Shown here: one piece after another, positions 23,778-34,602 of the stretch
Layout of the letters: each line of letters starts with the position of its first letter
Numbering within the stretch: the first letter of the stretch is position 1
Virus record (IMG/VR): IMGVR_UViG_3300045988_026745
Origin: a virus
Direction: 5' to 3' (one strand)
DNA: 62,363 bases
Notes under the pieces: model-generated
Told to the model about the DNA's origin: nothing
Seen by the model: the letters and a program-made list of their open reading frames with translations, nothing else
Databases searched by the model: none
Program-made: the position numbers and the translations under genes

Positions 23778-26462
23778 TCAAACACCTCCTTCAACTCTGG
23801 TAATCTCAAGAGTTACCGGTATTGTAAGCTGACAATGTGTCTGACTCATAGAGACGGATATGTTTGCCCAATAACCAGTTCCTGATGGCTCACGTACATA
23901 TACGTCACCAGTCCAGATTGCTAAACGTCTTAAAGCATATAATGTTTCCTCATCGTCTTTAGGTATTTCGACCTTCCATGAAGCCGTCTCACCAAGCTGA
24001 GTACCATAGTAACTCACAGGGCGTTTACGACCTACATATTTAACAAGGGATACATCGATGTCGTTCTTGTCAGATACGTCAATGTTATATGGAAGAATCA
24101 CCATTGACCCACTCCATGTTGGTTCATCTGGAATTTCACCCTCGTTCACTTCTGATGTAATAAGGTTATTCCATGACTCATTCCACTGAATAATTACAGA
24201 AGATTCGGATATCGGATACCCTGGGAGGTCTACATAGCTAACTGCTCCTGTCGCATTTGACGTAACGACAACACGATATCTTCCGTAATCCAAAGCTGGA
24301 TGAGGGTCAGTAACATATATATTACTTGTGTTATCAAGTCCAGTTGCTATCTCGATAAATTCACCGTTATAATCTCGACGATATACACTAAGAGTTACAC
24401 CTTCTACAAGAATCTCATTAACAGTTTCTTCTTCATTATCGGAATCTTCCGCTGGTGTTTCCGTAGTTTCATCAGCAGTTGTTGCAGGAATTTCTTCGTC
24501 TGGAAAATATTCATCAGGAGTGGTAAAACAATACGGTCTTATTGAACATGAATAAGTATCTTCGTTATAAATAATCTCAGCATCAGGACCATACTCTTCT
24601 TCAACCCAATCTACAGTAAACTCTGATTCGGCCTCAGCAGTCAATCCGGAATTCATAGTAACTATACAGTGAACTTTATATGTCTTACCATTTTCGAGAT
24701 CGATATTATTTGCAGATAACTCAGCAATCAATTGAGTCTTTATATCGAAGTATTTCGAATATATTTCCTCGTTCGCACTTACGAGTTTCTCGTTACCTAT
24801 CTGATCTTCGGTCTCATAATCTTCTGTAGACACAACGGTTAGATGGTAACCGATAGGAGATTGAGACTGTGGTCCAGGTATACCTTTAACATACAAAGGG
24901 AATGATTCCAAAGATTCGATATCTTCGTCGCTTGTATTTGTTAAATGTAATTCAAGCGTTGGCGGGGCATAAATATCAATAGTTCTTTGAACTGACCAAT
25001 CGCCATAAACGCCAGTCACACCGGCAGTTCTAACTCGCCATTGAACCGTAGCTCCATCGCTATATGCATTCGTATCTATGGTATATTGATAAGTCGTTTC
25101 TTCTCCTTCGTCCTTAGGAGTATAAGTAAAATCTTTTGGACTCTTATCAACACCATTGACAAGTAATTCTAAGTCAGCTTTTGTTGCTTTAGAGCCGTCA
25201 TTGGTGTTATGTACCCAATATAAAATTACTTTCTCGCCGACGATTGCTGTTGTGGAAGATGACCACGTTGTTGGCGCTGCTGGTTTCTGACCAACCTTAC
25301 AAGATTTAATTGGAGTCCATCCCGATTTCCCTTGTTCATTTACAGCCCTTACTCTGAAGAAATATTCGTCGCCATCTTCAAGACCTGAAATTATTGCTGT
25401 AGTACCAACTTCTATAGTCTTACTTGAGACCTTATCTGAATTCGTATCAAAATATGCTTTATTGGTGGTATATTCCACTTCATACCCAGTGACGTTTGAT
25501 ACTTTGGACCACACACATTTAATTTCTGTGGTAGACGTCGCATTTAAAGATGTTATATCTTTTGGCGCATTCGGTATCGTCGTTACTTCTGATGAAAAAT
25601 CAGACCAATCACTATATAACGTTTTGATAACTTTCTTATTCTTATATATCTCACGAATAGCTCGACATTTAACCTTGTACTTTCCGCCAGCATCAACATT
25701 CCACGAATAAGAAGCTGTTCTTTGAACAACATTAGCCTTATTCTGTTTGAAGACTTTACCACTATTATTCTTAACAACATAGAATTCAATCTTTGTTGGT
25801 TTATTAACACCTATGTCTATATTTTCAACTTTAGCTGTTAATTTGTACTTTTTTATCTCAAGAGAAGGAACAGATGGTTTGTCTGGCTTTTGGCTTTTGC
25901 TGAATTGGACGATCTTTGATTTAGACCATTTACCAGTCCAATAATGCACTTCTTTGGATGTCTTCTTTTTCTTTCCTTTGACTTTCTTGGTTGTTGTAAC
26001 CTTATGTGTCTTGGAAATTGCTTTGACGTTGAATTTAACGCTGGTAGCATTAGACGGTGGATTATAAGTTGACTGTTTTCTAGTTTCAGTCGAATCAGAA
26101 CCAACAAACCAAATACCATCACCTGTAGAATAATACCATACGCATCGATATTCTTTCACATGAGATCTAGTAAATCGCCAAGTAGCGAACACCGTATTTT
26201 CAGAGTTTGACTGAATGCCCATGCGACTTATTTTCGGTGTTAAAGAATTATTCTTCTTTTTCTTGATTTTCTTACCTTTTGTGTTTTTGAGCGATAAAAC
26301 CTGACCGATATACAATTTATCAATGTTCTCAATATCGTTTAACGCTCCTAACCGTTGGGCCGCAGCCATGGCATTAGATCCATAGTTATACGTTGAATTG
26401 TACTTCCAGGCGATCTCGGACAAAGTATCGCCTAAAACTACAGTATACATTTCATCAGCCAA
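23778..26462 (-). CDS. LysM + FN3-repeat + distal tail protein (Dit-like), 894 aa
   Basis: N-terminal LysM ('YTVVLGDTLSEIAWKY...LYIGQVLSL'), several FN3-like segments ('GYEVEYTTNKAYF...YFFRVRAVN') and a siphovirus tail-component-like C-terminus. It lies directly after the tape measure gene. Confidence 0.7.
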   Translation of the reverse strand: MADEMYTVVLGDTLSEIAWKYNSTYNYGSNAMAAAQRLGALNDIENIDKLYIGQVLSLKNTKGKKIKKKKNNSLTPKISRMGIQSNSENTVFATWRFTRSHVKEYRCVWYYSTGDGIWFVGSDSTETRKQSTYNPPSNATSVKFNVKAISKTHKVTTTKKVKGKKKKTSKEVHYWTGKWSKSKIVQFSKSQKPDKPSVPSLEIKKYKLTAKVENIDIGVNKPTKIEFYVVKNNSGKVFKQNKANVVQRTASYSWNVDAGGKYKVKCRAIREIYKNKKVIKTLYSDWSDFSSEVTTIPNAPKDITSLNATSTTEIKCVWSKVSNVTGYEVEYTTNKAYFDTNSDKVSSKTIEVGTTAIISGLEDGDEYFFRVRAVNEQGKSGWTPIKSCKVGQKPAAPTTWSSSTTAIVGEKVILYWVHNTNDGSKATKADLELLVNGVDKSPKDFTYTPKDEGEETTYQYTIDTNAYSDGATVQWRVRTAGVTGVYGDWSVQRTIDIYAPPTLELHLTNTSDEDIESLESFPLYVKGIPGPQSQSPIGYHLTVVSTEDYETEDQIGNEKLVSANEEIYSKYFDIKTQLIAELSANNIDLENGKTYKVHCIVTMNSGLTAEAESEFTVDWVEEEYGPDAEIIYNEDTYSCSIRPYCFTTPDEYFPDEEIPATTADETTETPAEDSDNEEETVNEILVEGVTLSVYRRDYNGEFIEIATGLDNTSNIYVTDPHPALDYGRYRVVVTSNATGAVSYVDLPGYPISESSVIIQWNESWNNLITSEVNEGEIPDEPTWSGSMVILPYNIDVSDKNDIDVSLVKYVGRKRPVSYYGTQLGETASWKVEIPKDDEETLYALRRLAIWTGDVYVREPSGTGYWANISVSMSQTHCQLTIPVTLEITRVEGGV

Positions 26463-26464
26463 GC

Positions 26465-29400
26465 TTATCGCCTCCTTTCTACTCTAGCTGCTCTAAATAT
26501 AGTTTCTACTGCATCAGAGATACCACTTCCATCATCGTAAGTAACGCCATTAATATTATTATAAGTATTACCAACACTACCCATGTCTTTACGAAGTTTA
26601 TTGATGGCCGATACAACGTCATCAATATTTCCATTTTGACTGTTTTCGTCCATTAATGTCTTGATCGCTCTAATATTAGATGTTGGCGAAACCATAGGAT
26701 TACTAAATAAACTTCCTATAGTTGACGCCTGATCCTTAACATCAGATAAATCTACTACCGGACGAATTGTAGGTGTTGATTCAGCAACCTTATCAACCAA
26801 ATTAGCTGCTGACGAGATTGCAGATGAAATTGACTGTGTTGCCGCTTGTCCCATGCTATGACCGGCTTTATATACTTTCTTAGTCATAGATTGTGTACCT
26901 ATAACAAGACCTTCGCCAAGCCATTTACCTGCTTTAATGGTATCTTTTGATGGTGAGTTAGAATGCTGACCATCTTTCTCACCTCTTACCGCAGCTTGAC
27001 CTAAAGCATAACCTGCTGCATATGCTGCTGATATCTTACCTCTAACACCTGAGATTAACCCAGCACCAAGATAAGCGCCATTTGCATACATCGTTCCATA
27101 ACCTGTCTTTGACGCTGAAGCTGCTGAAGTAGCAAGTGCTTTAGCCGCCGATACAGCAGCACCTTTCTTAGACGTTATACCTTTAACAAAGCTAGTTGCT
27201 AACTTAACACCAGATGAAGTGAATGATGATGCTTTACTTGTGATGGATTTCTGCATAGAACTAACCATACTTGTAGCTGCTGATTTAACAGAACTGGAGT
27301 TTGATTTAATTCCACTGGATAATGCTTTAGTAAGATTTCGTCCAGCACTTGTAATTTTGCTTGTGCCTTTACTAAACGCAGAAGCAACCTGACTAACATT
27401 TGTCTTGCCTAATTCAGAAATAGCAGATTTAAACTTACCGACACCACTCGTATCAAGTCCAGCAAGACTTGAAATGAATGACTTAAGTCTGTTAGCTGCT
27501 GTGATTGAACTAGATACTGTACTGACATTCATCCCAGATACTGAATCACTATATGATTTAATAGCTTTACCAAGACTACCAACTTTAAAGTTACTTATGG
27601 AGCTACTATCAAATCCAGATAATCCGCGAACAAATGATTTAAGTCTATTCGCTGCTGTTATAGACTTAGAGACTACCCCGGTGTCAATATCAGAAACTTT
27701 ATTGTTATAACCTTTAATAGCATCGCCGATACCTTTTACCTTCTTGAAGTTGCTGATTCCGGATGTATCTAAATCAACAATACTCTTAGCAAAGGCAGCA
27801 ATTCTTCTACCTAATGTTATAGATAGAGATATCTTACTTGTATCGACTTCGGCTACTGAATCGCCAAATGATTTCATGGCTGTGCCGAAGGCCGAAATCT
27901 TAGTTCCAAACTGCTGAAGATTCATCTTACCATCAAACCAATGTTCTTCCGGTAACGCTTTCTGAAGAGCTGATAACATTTTACCTGCTTGGGTTGCAGT
28001 TTCAACAGCACTCATATCAATAGCATTATCACCAGTTAATGACTTCGAAATCATAGAAAGAGATTTAGCAAATGATGATGCCTGAATACCTAAAGTTGAT
28101 AAGTCTCCTGATCCGGTTAAAACTTGCATTAATCCGTTAGCTGGTTCAACCGATGACTGAAGCGCAGCTAGTGCTTGTCCAGCATTTGCTAAGTTTTCAA
28201 TATTCGTAAAGTCTGCTTCTTTGAGTCCGGAGATAGCCTGAGCTACCATTTTGATTGATCCTGCGAATGCAATCACCTGATAGCCTAACGTACTTAAATC
28301 TTGTGATCCGCTTAGAGCTTGCAATAATCCATTAGCAGGTGCAACAGCAGACTGAAGTGCTGCAAATGCCTGACCGACATTAGCTAGACTCTCAAGATTT
28401 GTAAAGTCCGTTTCCCCCATTCCTGAAATTGCCTGAGCAACCGACTTAATAGAGTAAGCAAACATTGAAGCTTGATAACCTAAGGTGCTTAAATCTTGAG
28501 AACCGGCTAAAGCTTGCAATAATCCATTAGCAGGTGCTACAGCAGACTGAAGCGCTGCTAAAGCTTGTCCTGCATTTGCTAAACTTTCAATATTACTGAA
28601 ATCGGTTTCACCCATTGTAGAAATAGTCTCGGCGATTTTCTTCATTGAATTGACAAATGCGATGGCCTGGGAACCAAGAGTGCTTAAATCTTGTGAACCA
28701 CTCAGTGCCTGTAACAGACCATTAGCCGGCTCAACCATAGATTGTAAATCAGCTAAAGCTTGACCTGCATTGGCAAGACCTTCCACGTTCGTAAAGTCTG
28801 TTTCATTCATTCCAGAGAGTGATTGAGCAACCATTTTGATTGAATCTGCAAAAGCTACAGCCTGCGTGCCAAGCTCTCCGAGATTCTTTTCTCCAGCCAA
28901 TAATTGAAAAAGTCCATTAGCTGGTTCAACTGTAGATTGAAGTTCTGTTAAAAGCTTACCGACATTCGCCGCTGCTTCTATAGCACCGGGGTCTATATTA
29001 CCGGAAACTTTTTGTGAGAAGCTTACTATAGCGTCTCCAAACGCATCCAACTGTGTTTTGAATGTTTCCATTGAAGACGTTCCGGTAATGAATGACGATA
29101 TAGCTTCAAGAATGTTTTGTCCCGTTATCTTACTAAGAAGACTAACAATGTTGTCTACACCCTCTATCGCTGTACTGTCGATAGTCTTAGCGCCTTCTAT
29201 AAATGGTTTCAAATTTTCCATGAAGGACGACAAATTTGTTCCGATTTCTGGCAAGCTAGATGAGAAACCTTTAGCAACTCCTCCGGCTATACCGCCAATA
29301 AATTGACCAATAGCCGTTCCTATTTTTTGTAGGAAATTTCCGCCTTCTTCGACAAGCCAACTTAATCCCGGTATTTGAGCCAATCCGCCGATTGCTGCTA

Positions 29401-32400
29401 AGATAGCTGACATTTCAGCTATAAGAACTCCAACTCCAAGTAAGCCAGCCATAGCTGATGGAATAATTGCAGTTATACCAGCCAGAGCATAAGCTAAAGC
29501 TGACATCATTCCGACAGCAAGTATCCCTTTTAATAAATTAGCTGTATCAATTCCATTTAATGCGTCGGCAACACCTTCAAAGACTTTAGCTAATAAATTA
29601 ACAAAAGCCTGAATTAGCTCAGGAGTATGCACAGCAAGACTGTTTATTACGCCTATGAGTAATTCAAATAATGAATCTGCTATTTGCGGTGCATATTCAG
29701 CTAATGCTTTCAGTGATTCTGAAATTAACTTAAGGAAACTCTCAGCTAATTGTGGGGCAGCTTCTCCTAATACCTTAGCAATTTCGACAATACCGTTACC
29801 AATTATCTTAGCAATTGTAGGAACAAGGTCTAATATGCCTGTAACAATAACCGTTAATGCTGCGACTATTGCTGTTGCACCAGCTGCTCCTGCTGCGGCT
29901 AATGCTGTTATTCCGGCAGATATACCAATCAATCCAACACCTATTCCAGCCATACCAACGCCGAGTAATGCAAATGCTGCGGATAAACCAAGTATTGTAG
30001 GAACTATAGGGCCTAATAAAGCTCCAGCTACTCCTATTACAGTAAATGCCCCAGCCAAAGTCAGTAAGCCTTTACCTATTTCAGTCCAACTCATGTTACC
30101 TAGAGTTTTTATTACAGGAACAAGAATTGCTAACGATGACGCAGCCACTAATAACGCCGCCGAACCGCCAAGTGTTCCTTTCATAAGATTCAAACCGATG
30201 GCTAACTCGCCTAGAGCAACTCCAATAGCGATTAGACTTTTACCAACGTTCTCTTGACTCATTCCGCTGACATCGTTTAGTGCACTGGCGATTACTTTTA
30301 ATGCGGCAGCTGCAATAACAAGACCTGTCGCTTTAAATACAGCGCCATTTGGTATCAGTCTCATAGCTATTGCTAATTCTGCTAAAGCCCCGCCCATACC
30401 AGCAAGACCTTTTCCGATTGCATTCCAGTCCATACCTCCGAAATCAGCCATTACGGAAGCGAGTATCTTCAGAGATGCCGCAATTAACATCATGGAAAGA
30501 CCAGTACGTGTAATGTGTTTAGCGTAACTAGCAATATTCGTAAATGCTGATATCTCGAGTAATAAACCACCGATTGCTGCTAAACCTTTTCCTATGTCTT
30601 CCCAACTCATTTTTGAGAAATCTTTACATGCCGAGGCTAATATCTTCATAGCGCCGGCTAATGCGATAAGACCAAGAGACCCTTTAATCATCTTTGAACC
30701 AGTTGCTGACATAATTACAGAAGCAGCTACTAATTCCCAGAGAAGAACTGAAACGCCAGTTAATCCAACAGCTAGCTGATCCCAATTCAATCCAGATAAA
30801 GATTTCAAAGCTGTAGCAAGTATAAGTATAGCCGCAGACATTCCAACCATTTTGACGGCTGTTGTATCAAACAGTTTGGACGATCCACCCCACTTATTCA
30901 TTGCTGCCATCGCTGCTACTAATTCAGTAAATAAAACAGTAATTGCAGTTATCGCTTGATTCATTGAATCTGGGTCAATCATAGATATTAAGTATAATGA
31001 TCCTGCCAGTATAGCAATAGCTGATGCTATTTTAAGTAAAGTCCCAGCTTTAAGCTGTTTTTGGTAAGCTTCGAAACATCCTCGAACATCGTCTAATATG
31101 CCGGTAACGTTTTCAAGCACACCACCAAAACCGTCAAAAGCATCGTCGATTGTTCCAGTGAATTTTTTGATAGTAAGTAAAATTCCAGCAATTAAGCCAG
31201 AATTTAGCACTTCGAAAATGTCACCTTTACCAAATGCATCAGATATAGCTTGTTCAATAGATCCAAATGTTTTGACAACAGAAGACCCAACTTTAGTTAT
31301 GACATTCCAAAGACCTTCAAAGAACCCAATAAGTCCATCAAAGACTTTAGTGTCAAATCCTGATGTAAACGATTTATTAAACAAATTAACATCTTTAATT
31401 GAGGAACTTAATTTAGATAAGAAATCTCCTATATGCCCAGTTACCGTTAATATTCCACTACCTAAACCTTTGAAATTTCCAACAAGACTAAATAAGCCTT
31501 TTCCGAGTGTCTTAACGACATCTAATCCTACTCTGAAAACTGAGAAAACACCTTTGAATGTACTATGTATTTTCTTAGCTGTGGAATCACTTACAATTAA
31601 GCCTTTTGTAAAATCTCTAACACTTTTTGTAATTTCATATAACTGTTTTGCGGTCGTTCTTGGAAATATCTCTCTAAACGCTTTACCTATAGGCGTTATT
31701 ACTTTACCTAATGCTGTGAATACATTCTTAAATGATTCAATTAAGGCAGTACGTCCACCTAATTTAGCCCAACCTTTAACAACCTTGTTACGAGCATCAG
31801 CTGATTTGTTTATCATTCCACTAAGTGCGTCAGAAACATCAGTCCATAAAGTTTTAGCCTCTTCAAAATCGCCAACGATGGTTCTCCAAGTTTCAGTCCA
31901 TCCCGAGCCTAAAGCTTCTTTCACTGTATCAATTAACTGACTGAATGTTTTAACTTTTGTGGCTGCTTGACCAGCTGTTCTAGCCATGTCAGCCATTTCT
32001 TTAGCCTGCTTTTTAGAATATCCCTGGTCAACGAATTTCTTAACAGCTGCTTCATATTCTTCCTGAGTATCTGCCGCTGTCGCAAACTGGTCGAGGGTTT
32101 GAGTAAGAACTTCAGTAGTAAGCCATCCTGTTTGTAAGGACTCTCTAAACGATCCTTTAGCAGAGATAGCGTCTTTCGCCCCGGTTTTTAAATGTTCAGA
32201 TGTACGAACAAGAGCGTCCTGGAATACCTGACCACCCATACCAGCATTAACGACCGAGTTCCAGTCCATAAGTTTGACTGTACCTGAGGCAATGGCCTGA
32301 GAAAGCTGATACATTGCAGTTGATGCCTGCTGTGAAGATGAACCTGATACCGCTGCCAAGTTAGCAATACCCTGAATAGCAGATACTGAAGTATCCAACT

Positions 32401-32911
32401 TAACACCAGCCGCAGTAAACGTACCAATGTTCCTGGTCATCTCTGTAAAATTGTAAATAGTCTTATCTGCATAATGATTTAATTCATCAAGTGCTGCATT
32501 TACTGTTTTTACAGTTGTGCCTTCCTTTTGAGTGTTTGCCAGGATTGTCTGAACAGCATTCATCTGTGTTTCATACTCAGCAAAACCATCTTTAATAGGA
32601 TCAATAGTTAATGCAGAAACCATATTCTTTCCAGCATTAACTGCTGAGTTTGTAATGTTAGCAAGAGCAGTTACACCCATTACTTGTAATGCTGAGAATT
32701 TAGCAGTTACAGCCTCGACTCCAGACCCAAGACCTGACATATCAACTCGCTTAGCTGCGCTATTAAGTCCTTCTAGCCCTTTGGAGGCACCAGATAGATT
32801 TAACTTTTGTTTCAATTTATCAAGAGTTGACATACTGGTCTGAACGTTGCTTTCAAACTGCTTATTATCAAATCGCATCTCAACAACTCTGCTATCGACA
32901 GTCGTACTCAT
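26465..32911 (-). CDS. Tail length tape measure protein (2148 aa)
   Basis: Size, position after the chaperone genes, a long Ala/Gly/Leu-rich hydrophobic repeat core and tandem repeats. Confidence 0.9.
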   Translation of the reverse strand: MSTTVDSRVVEMRFDNKQFESNVQTSMSTLDKLKQKLNLSGASKGLEGLNSAAKRVDMSGLGSGVEAVTAKFSALQVMGVTALANITNSAVNAGKNMVSALTIDPIKDGFAEYETQMNAVQTILANTQKEGTTVKTVNAALDELNHYADKTIYNFTEMTRNIGTFTAAGVKLDTSVSAIQGIANLAAVSGSSSQQASTAMYQLSQAIASGTVKLMDWNSVVNAGMGGQVFQDALVRTSEHLKTGAKDAISAKGSFRESLQTGWLTTEVLTQTLDQFATAADTQEEYEAAVKKFVDQGYSKKQAKEMADMARTAGQAATKVKTFSQLIDTVKEALGSGWTETWRTIVGDFEEAKTLWTDVSDALSGMINKSADARNKVVKGWAKLGGRTALIESFKNVFTALGKVITPIGKAFREIFPRTTAKQLYEITKSVRDFTKGLIVSDSTAKKIHSTFKGVFSVFRVGLDVVKTLGKGLFSLVGNFKGLGSGILTVTGHIGDFLSKLSSSIKDVNLFNKSFTSGFDTKVFDGLIGFFEGLWNVITKVGSSVVKTFGSIEQAISDAFGKGDIFEVLNSGLIAGILLTIKKFTGTIDDAFDGFGGVLENVTGILDDVRGCFEAYQKQLKAGTLLKIASAIAILAGSLYLISMIDPDSMNQAITAITVLFTELVAAMAAMNKWGGSSKLFDTTAVKMVGMSAAILILATALKSLSGLNWDQLAVGLTGVSVLLWELVAASVIMSATGSKMIKGSLGLIALAGAMKILASACKDFSKMSWEDIGKGLAAIGGLLLEISAFTNIASYAKHITRTGLSMMLIAASLKILASVMADFGGMDWNAIGKGLAGMGGALAELAIAMRLIPNGAVFKATGLVIAAAALKVIASALNDVSGMSQENVGKSLIAIGVALGELAIGLNLMKGTLGGSAALLVAASSLAILVPVIKTLGNMSWTEIGKGLLTLAGAFTVIGVAGALLGPIVPTILGLSAAFALLGVGMAGIGVGLIGISAGITALAAAGAAGATAIVAALTVIVTGILDLVPTIAKIIGNGIVEIAKVLGEAAPQLAESFLKLISESLKALAEYAPQIADSLFELLIGVINSLAVHTPELIQAFVNLLAKVFEGVADALNGIDTANLLKGILAVGMMSALAYALAGITAIIPSAMAGLLGVGVLIAEMSAILAAIGGLAQIPGLSWLVEEGGNFLQKIGTAIGQFIGGIAGGVAKGFSSSLPEIGTNLSSFMENLKPFIEGAKTIDSTAIEGVDNIVSLLSKITGQNILEAISSFITGTSSMETFKTQLDAFGDAIVSFSQKVSGNIDPGAIEAAANVGKLLTELQSTVEPANGLFQLLAGEKNLGELGTQAVAFADSIKMVAQSLSGMNETDFTNVEGLANAGQALADLQSMVEPANGLLQALSGSQDLSTLGSQAIAFVNSMKKIAETISTMGETDFSNIESLANAGQALAALQSAVAPANGLLQALAGSQDLSTLGYQASMFAYSIKSVAQAISGMGETDFTNLESLANVGQAFAALQSAVAPANGLLQALSGSQDLSTLGYQVIAFAGSIKMVAQAISGLKEADFTNIENLANAGQALAALQSSVEPANGLMQVLTGSGDLSTLGIQASSFAKSLSMISKSLTGDNAIDMSAVETATQAGKMLSALQKALPEEHWFDGKMNLQQFGTKISAFGTAMKSFGDSVAEVDTSKISLSITLGRRIAAFAKSIVDLDTSGISNFKKVKGIGDAIKGYNNKVSDIDTGVVSKSITAANRLKSFVRGLSGFDSSSISNFKVGSLGKAIKSYSDSVSGMNVSTVSSSITAANRLKSFISSLAGLDTSGVGKFKSAISELGKTNVSQVASAFSKGTSKITSAGRNLTKALSSGIKSNSSSVKSAATSMVSSMQKSITSKASSFTSSGVKLATSFVKGITSKKGAAVSAAKALATSAASASKTGYGTMYANGAYLGAGLISGVRGKISAAYAAGYALGQAAVRGEKDGQHSNSPSKDTIKAGKWLGEGLVIGTQSMTKKVYKAGHSMGQAATQSISSAISSAANLVDKVAESTPTIRPVVDLSDVKDQASTIGSLFSNPMVSPTSNIRAIKTLMDENSQNGNIDDVVSAINKLRKDMGSVGNTYNNINGVTYDDGSGISDAVETIFRAARVERRR
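27956..28930 (-). repeat. 5 x 195-nt tandem repeat inside the tape measure gene
   Basis: 65-aa units 'VEPANGLLQALSGSQDLSTLG.QA.AF..S.K..A..IS.MGETDF.N.E.LANAGQALAALQS'. Units start near 28930, 28735, 28540, 28345 and 28150. Confidence 0.85.
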
Positions 32912-33285
32912 ATCTTAGTAACCTCCTTCCAAGCTTCGTCAGCCATCTTATCAAAGATAGGTTGAATGGCCGGATTAATATAATCTCGACCCTGAACCCA
33001 TCCACCAGTTCCAGTTCCGTGTCCATACTGCAAAATAATAGCAATAGGGACTCCTTTATTAATGTTTGAATTTTCAAAGACTATAGCAACAGATCCATTT
33101 TGACGTTCTATCGTATAGCTCCACGAGCTGGCTGTTAAACCAGTTTCTGTCGGTGTAGCAGACGCAAGGGCGGCCACTCCTTCTCGGCCATATTTGTCTA
33201 ATACACCGAGCTTCGCAGTTTCTTTAAGCTTTTCGAAGTAATGAGTCACCTTAGAAAAGTCGCCCTTTTGTCTAAAAGTTATCAC
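32908..33285 (-). CDS. HK97 gp10-like tail/neck component (125 aa)
   Basis: 'ITFRQKGDFSKVTHYFEKL...ILQYGHGTGTGGWVQGRDYINP' recalls the gp10 family. Its placement just before the tape measure gene is unusual. Confidence 0.45.
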   Translation of the reverse strand: MITFRQKGDFSKVTHYFEKLKETAKLGVLDKYGREGVAALASATPTETGLTASSWSYTIERQNGSVAIVFENSNINKGVPIAIILQYGHGTGTGGWVQGRDYINPAIQPIFDKMADEAWKEVTKI

Positions 33286-33297
33286 GCTAACACCTCC

Positions 33298-34023
33298 CTA
33301 TTTCGACTTACTCCATTTATTCAAACCTTCTGGTTTAATGAGTAAGCCTTTCTTCGCTAATGTGAATAACGTGTTTTTAACTTCTGTGCTATCGGCATTG
33401 GCTGCTGCAATCTTACCTAAGTTATTGCTGCCAGCACCAATTTCTCTGTTATGTAAGAACTCTGTAATAGTTTTTACATCGTCGTTCTTCAACGTGCTAA
33501 AATATTTAACGCCATCAACTCTATCTTTCGTGTAGTCTTTTTTTACTGTCTCCTTTTTAGGAGTCTCTACTGGCGTCAAGAACAATTTCTGCTCAGCAAC
33601 TCTACGTCTTGTAAGACCACGATAAACTTTACCGCCGGCTTTATTGTACTGAAGCATTTTGTTTGAAATCTCTTTTCTAGTTCTAGTACCGTTAGCGGTT
33701 AACTGTTTGATACTGCCAATGTTATAAGCAAATGAAACTAAAGCATCGATTTCGTTCTGATTCCACTTGTATGTTTTGTCATATTTCATAACAAGAGGAA
33801 GATACTTCTGGTTTAACGATTTTGTGAGCCATGACTCAGCAGTAGCTTGAGAAATCGTAAGACCAGATTTAATGGTTGTTTTGGTGATACTTTTGTCAGA
33901 GTTTGTGATACCATAACCAATGGTCCACACCCCTACTTCATCTTTGTAGGCTTTCAATCTACATCCCTCGAACTCTTTTACGAGATCGATACACTTTTTG
34001 CTTACTGTAGCCATTTCTATCAC
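33298..34023 (-). CDS. GH24 (T4-type) lysozyme with C-terminal extension (241 aa)
   Basis: 'LVKEFEGCRLKAYKDEVGVWTIGYGIT' carries the lysozyme catalytic Glu context. 'DALVSFAYNIG' is also typical. Confidence 0.8.
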   Translation of the reverse strand: MIEMATVSKKCIDLVKEFEGCRLKAYKDEVGVWTIGYGITNSDKSITKTTIKSGLTISQATAESWLTKSLNQKYLPLVMKYDKTYKWNQNEIDALVSFAYNIGSIKQLTANGTRTRKEISNKMLQYNKAGGKVYRGLTRRRVAEQKLFLTPVETPKKETVKKDYTKDRVDGVKYFSTLKNDDVKTITEFLHNREIGAGSNNLGKIAAANADSTEVKNTLFTLAKKGLLIKPEGLNKWSKSK

Positions 34024-34577
34024 CCCTTAGTATGTAATTGTTTTCGCCGAGCAGCATTTATCTCGGCATTTTGTCTAAGAATTGCTTTTCGACCCATTTT
34101 CTTTGGCGGTGCATTTTTAACACTACATACACGTATCAAAGTTAAGAGTCTTTTAATATGCCATTTTTCAAACTCAACAGGAATATTGTTGGCTATCATC
34201 CAATAATAAATAAGTTCAGATGTGGTCTGCTCTCCGTTATTCTTAGACTCACTTCGATTAGAAAACGTTGTGGCTGTCATTGGGTCGTTCATGTATTCTC
34301 GAATTTCTGCAATATTTGATTGAGTTAATCGGTCGTACACTTTAGGATCAATATTCTTGTCAAGTGTCATGCATTTTATATAATCTATTGTTTCGTCAAG
34401 AGTCAGTTCCTTATCAGTTAGAAAAGGTTTATGCCATTTTGACTCCCACTTAGAAAGAGCGATGAGTGAATGTTCTAAGTGCAAAACCTGCTCTTTCTCA
34501 ACAGTTTGATAGACGAATTCTTCATTAACTTCATCCCATTGTTCTGGTTCAGTAGCTGGTATTGTTATAGTAAGCAT
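34020..34577 (-). CDS. Tail assembly chaperone (Gp15-like), 185 aa
   Basis: 'LEHSLIALSKWESKWHKPF' recalls the phage Gp15 family. Located between the major tail and tape measure genes. Confidence 0.6.
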   Translation of the reverse strand: MLTITIPATEPEQWDEVNEEFVYQTVEKEQVLHLEHSLIALSKWESKWHKPFLTDKELTLDETIDYIKCMTLDKNIDPKVYDRLTQSNIAEIREYMNDPMTATTFSNRSESKNNGEQTTSELIYYWMIANNIPVEFEKWHIKRLLTLIRVCSVKNAPPKKMGRKAILRQNAEINAARRKQLHTKG

Positions 34578-34602
34578 TACTCATCCTCCATTGTTTTCAT
34601 AT

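Noticed and set aside
29655-31940. Long plus-strand ORFs inside the tape measure gene (for example 29655..30257 at 200 aa and 31098..31940 at 280 aa). Similar ones occur in the fibre, portal and terL genes (21668..22222, 38881..39246, 40630..41025).
   Set aside because: They are antisense shadows of strongly biased, repeat-rich minus-strand genes. They have no SD sites, low-complexity translations, and lie wholly nested in well-supported genes.
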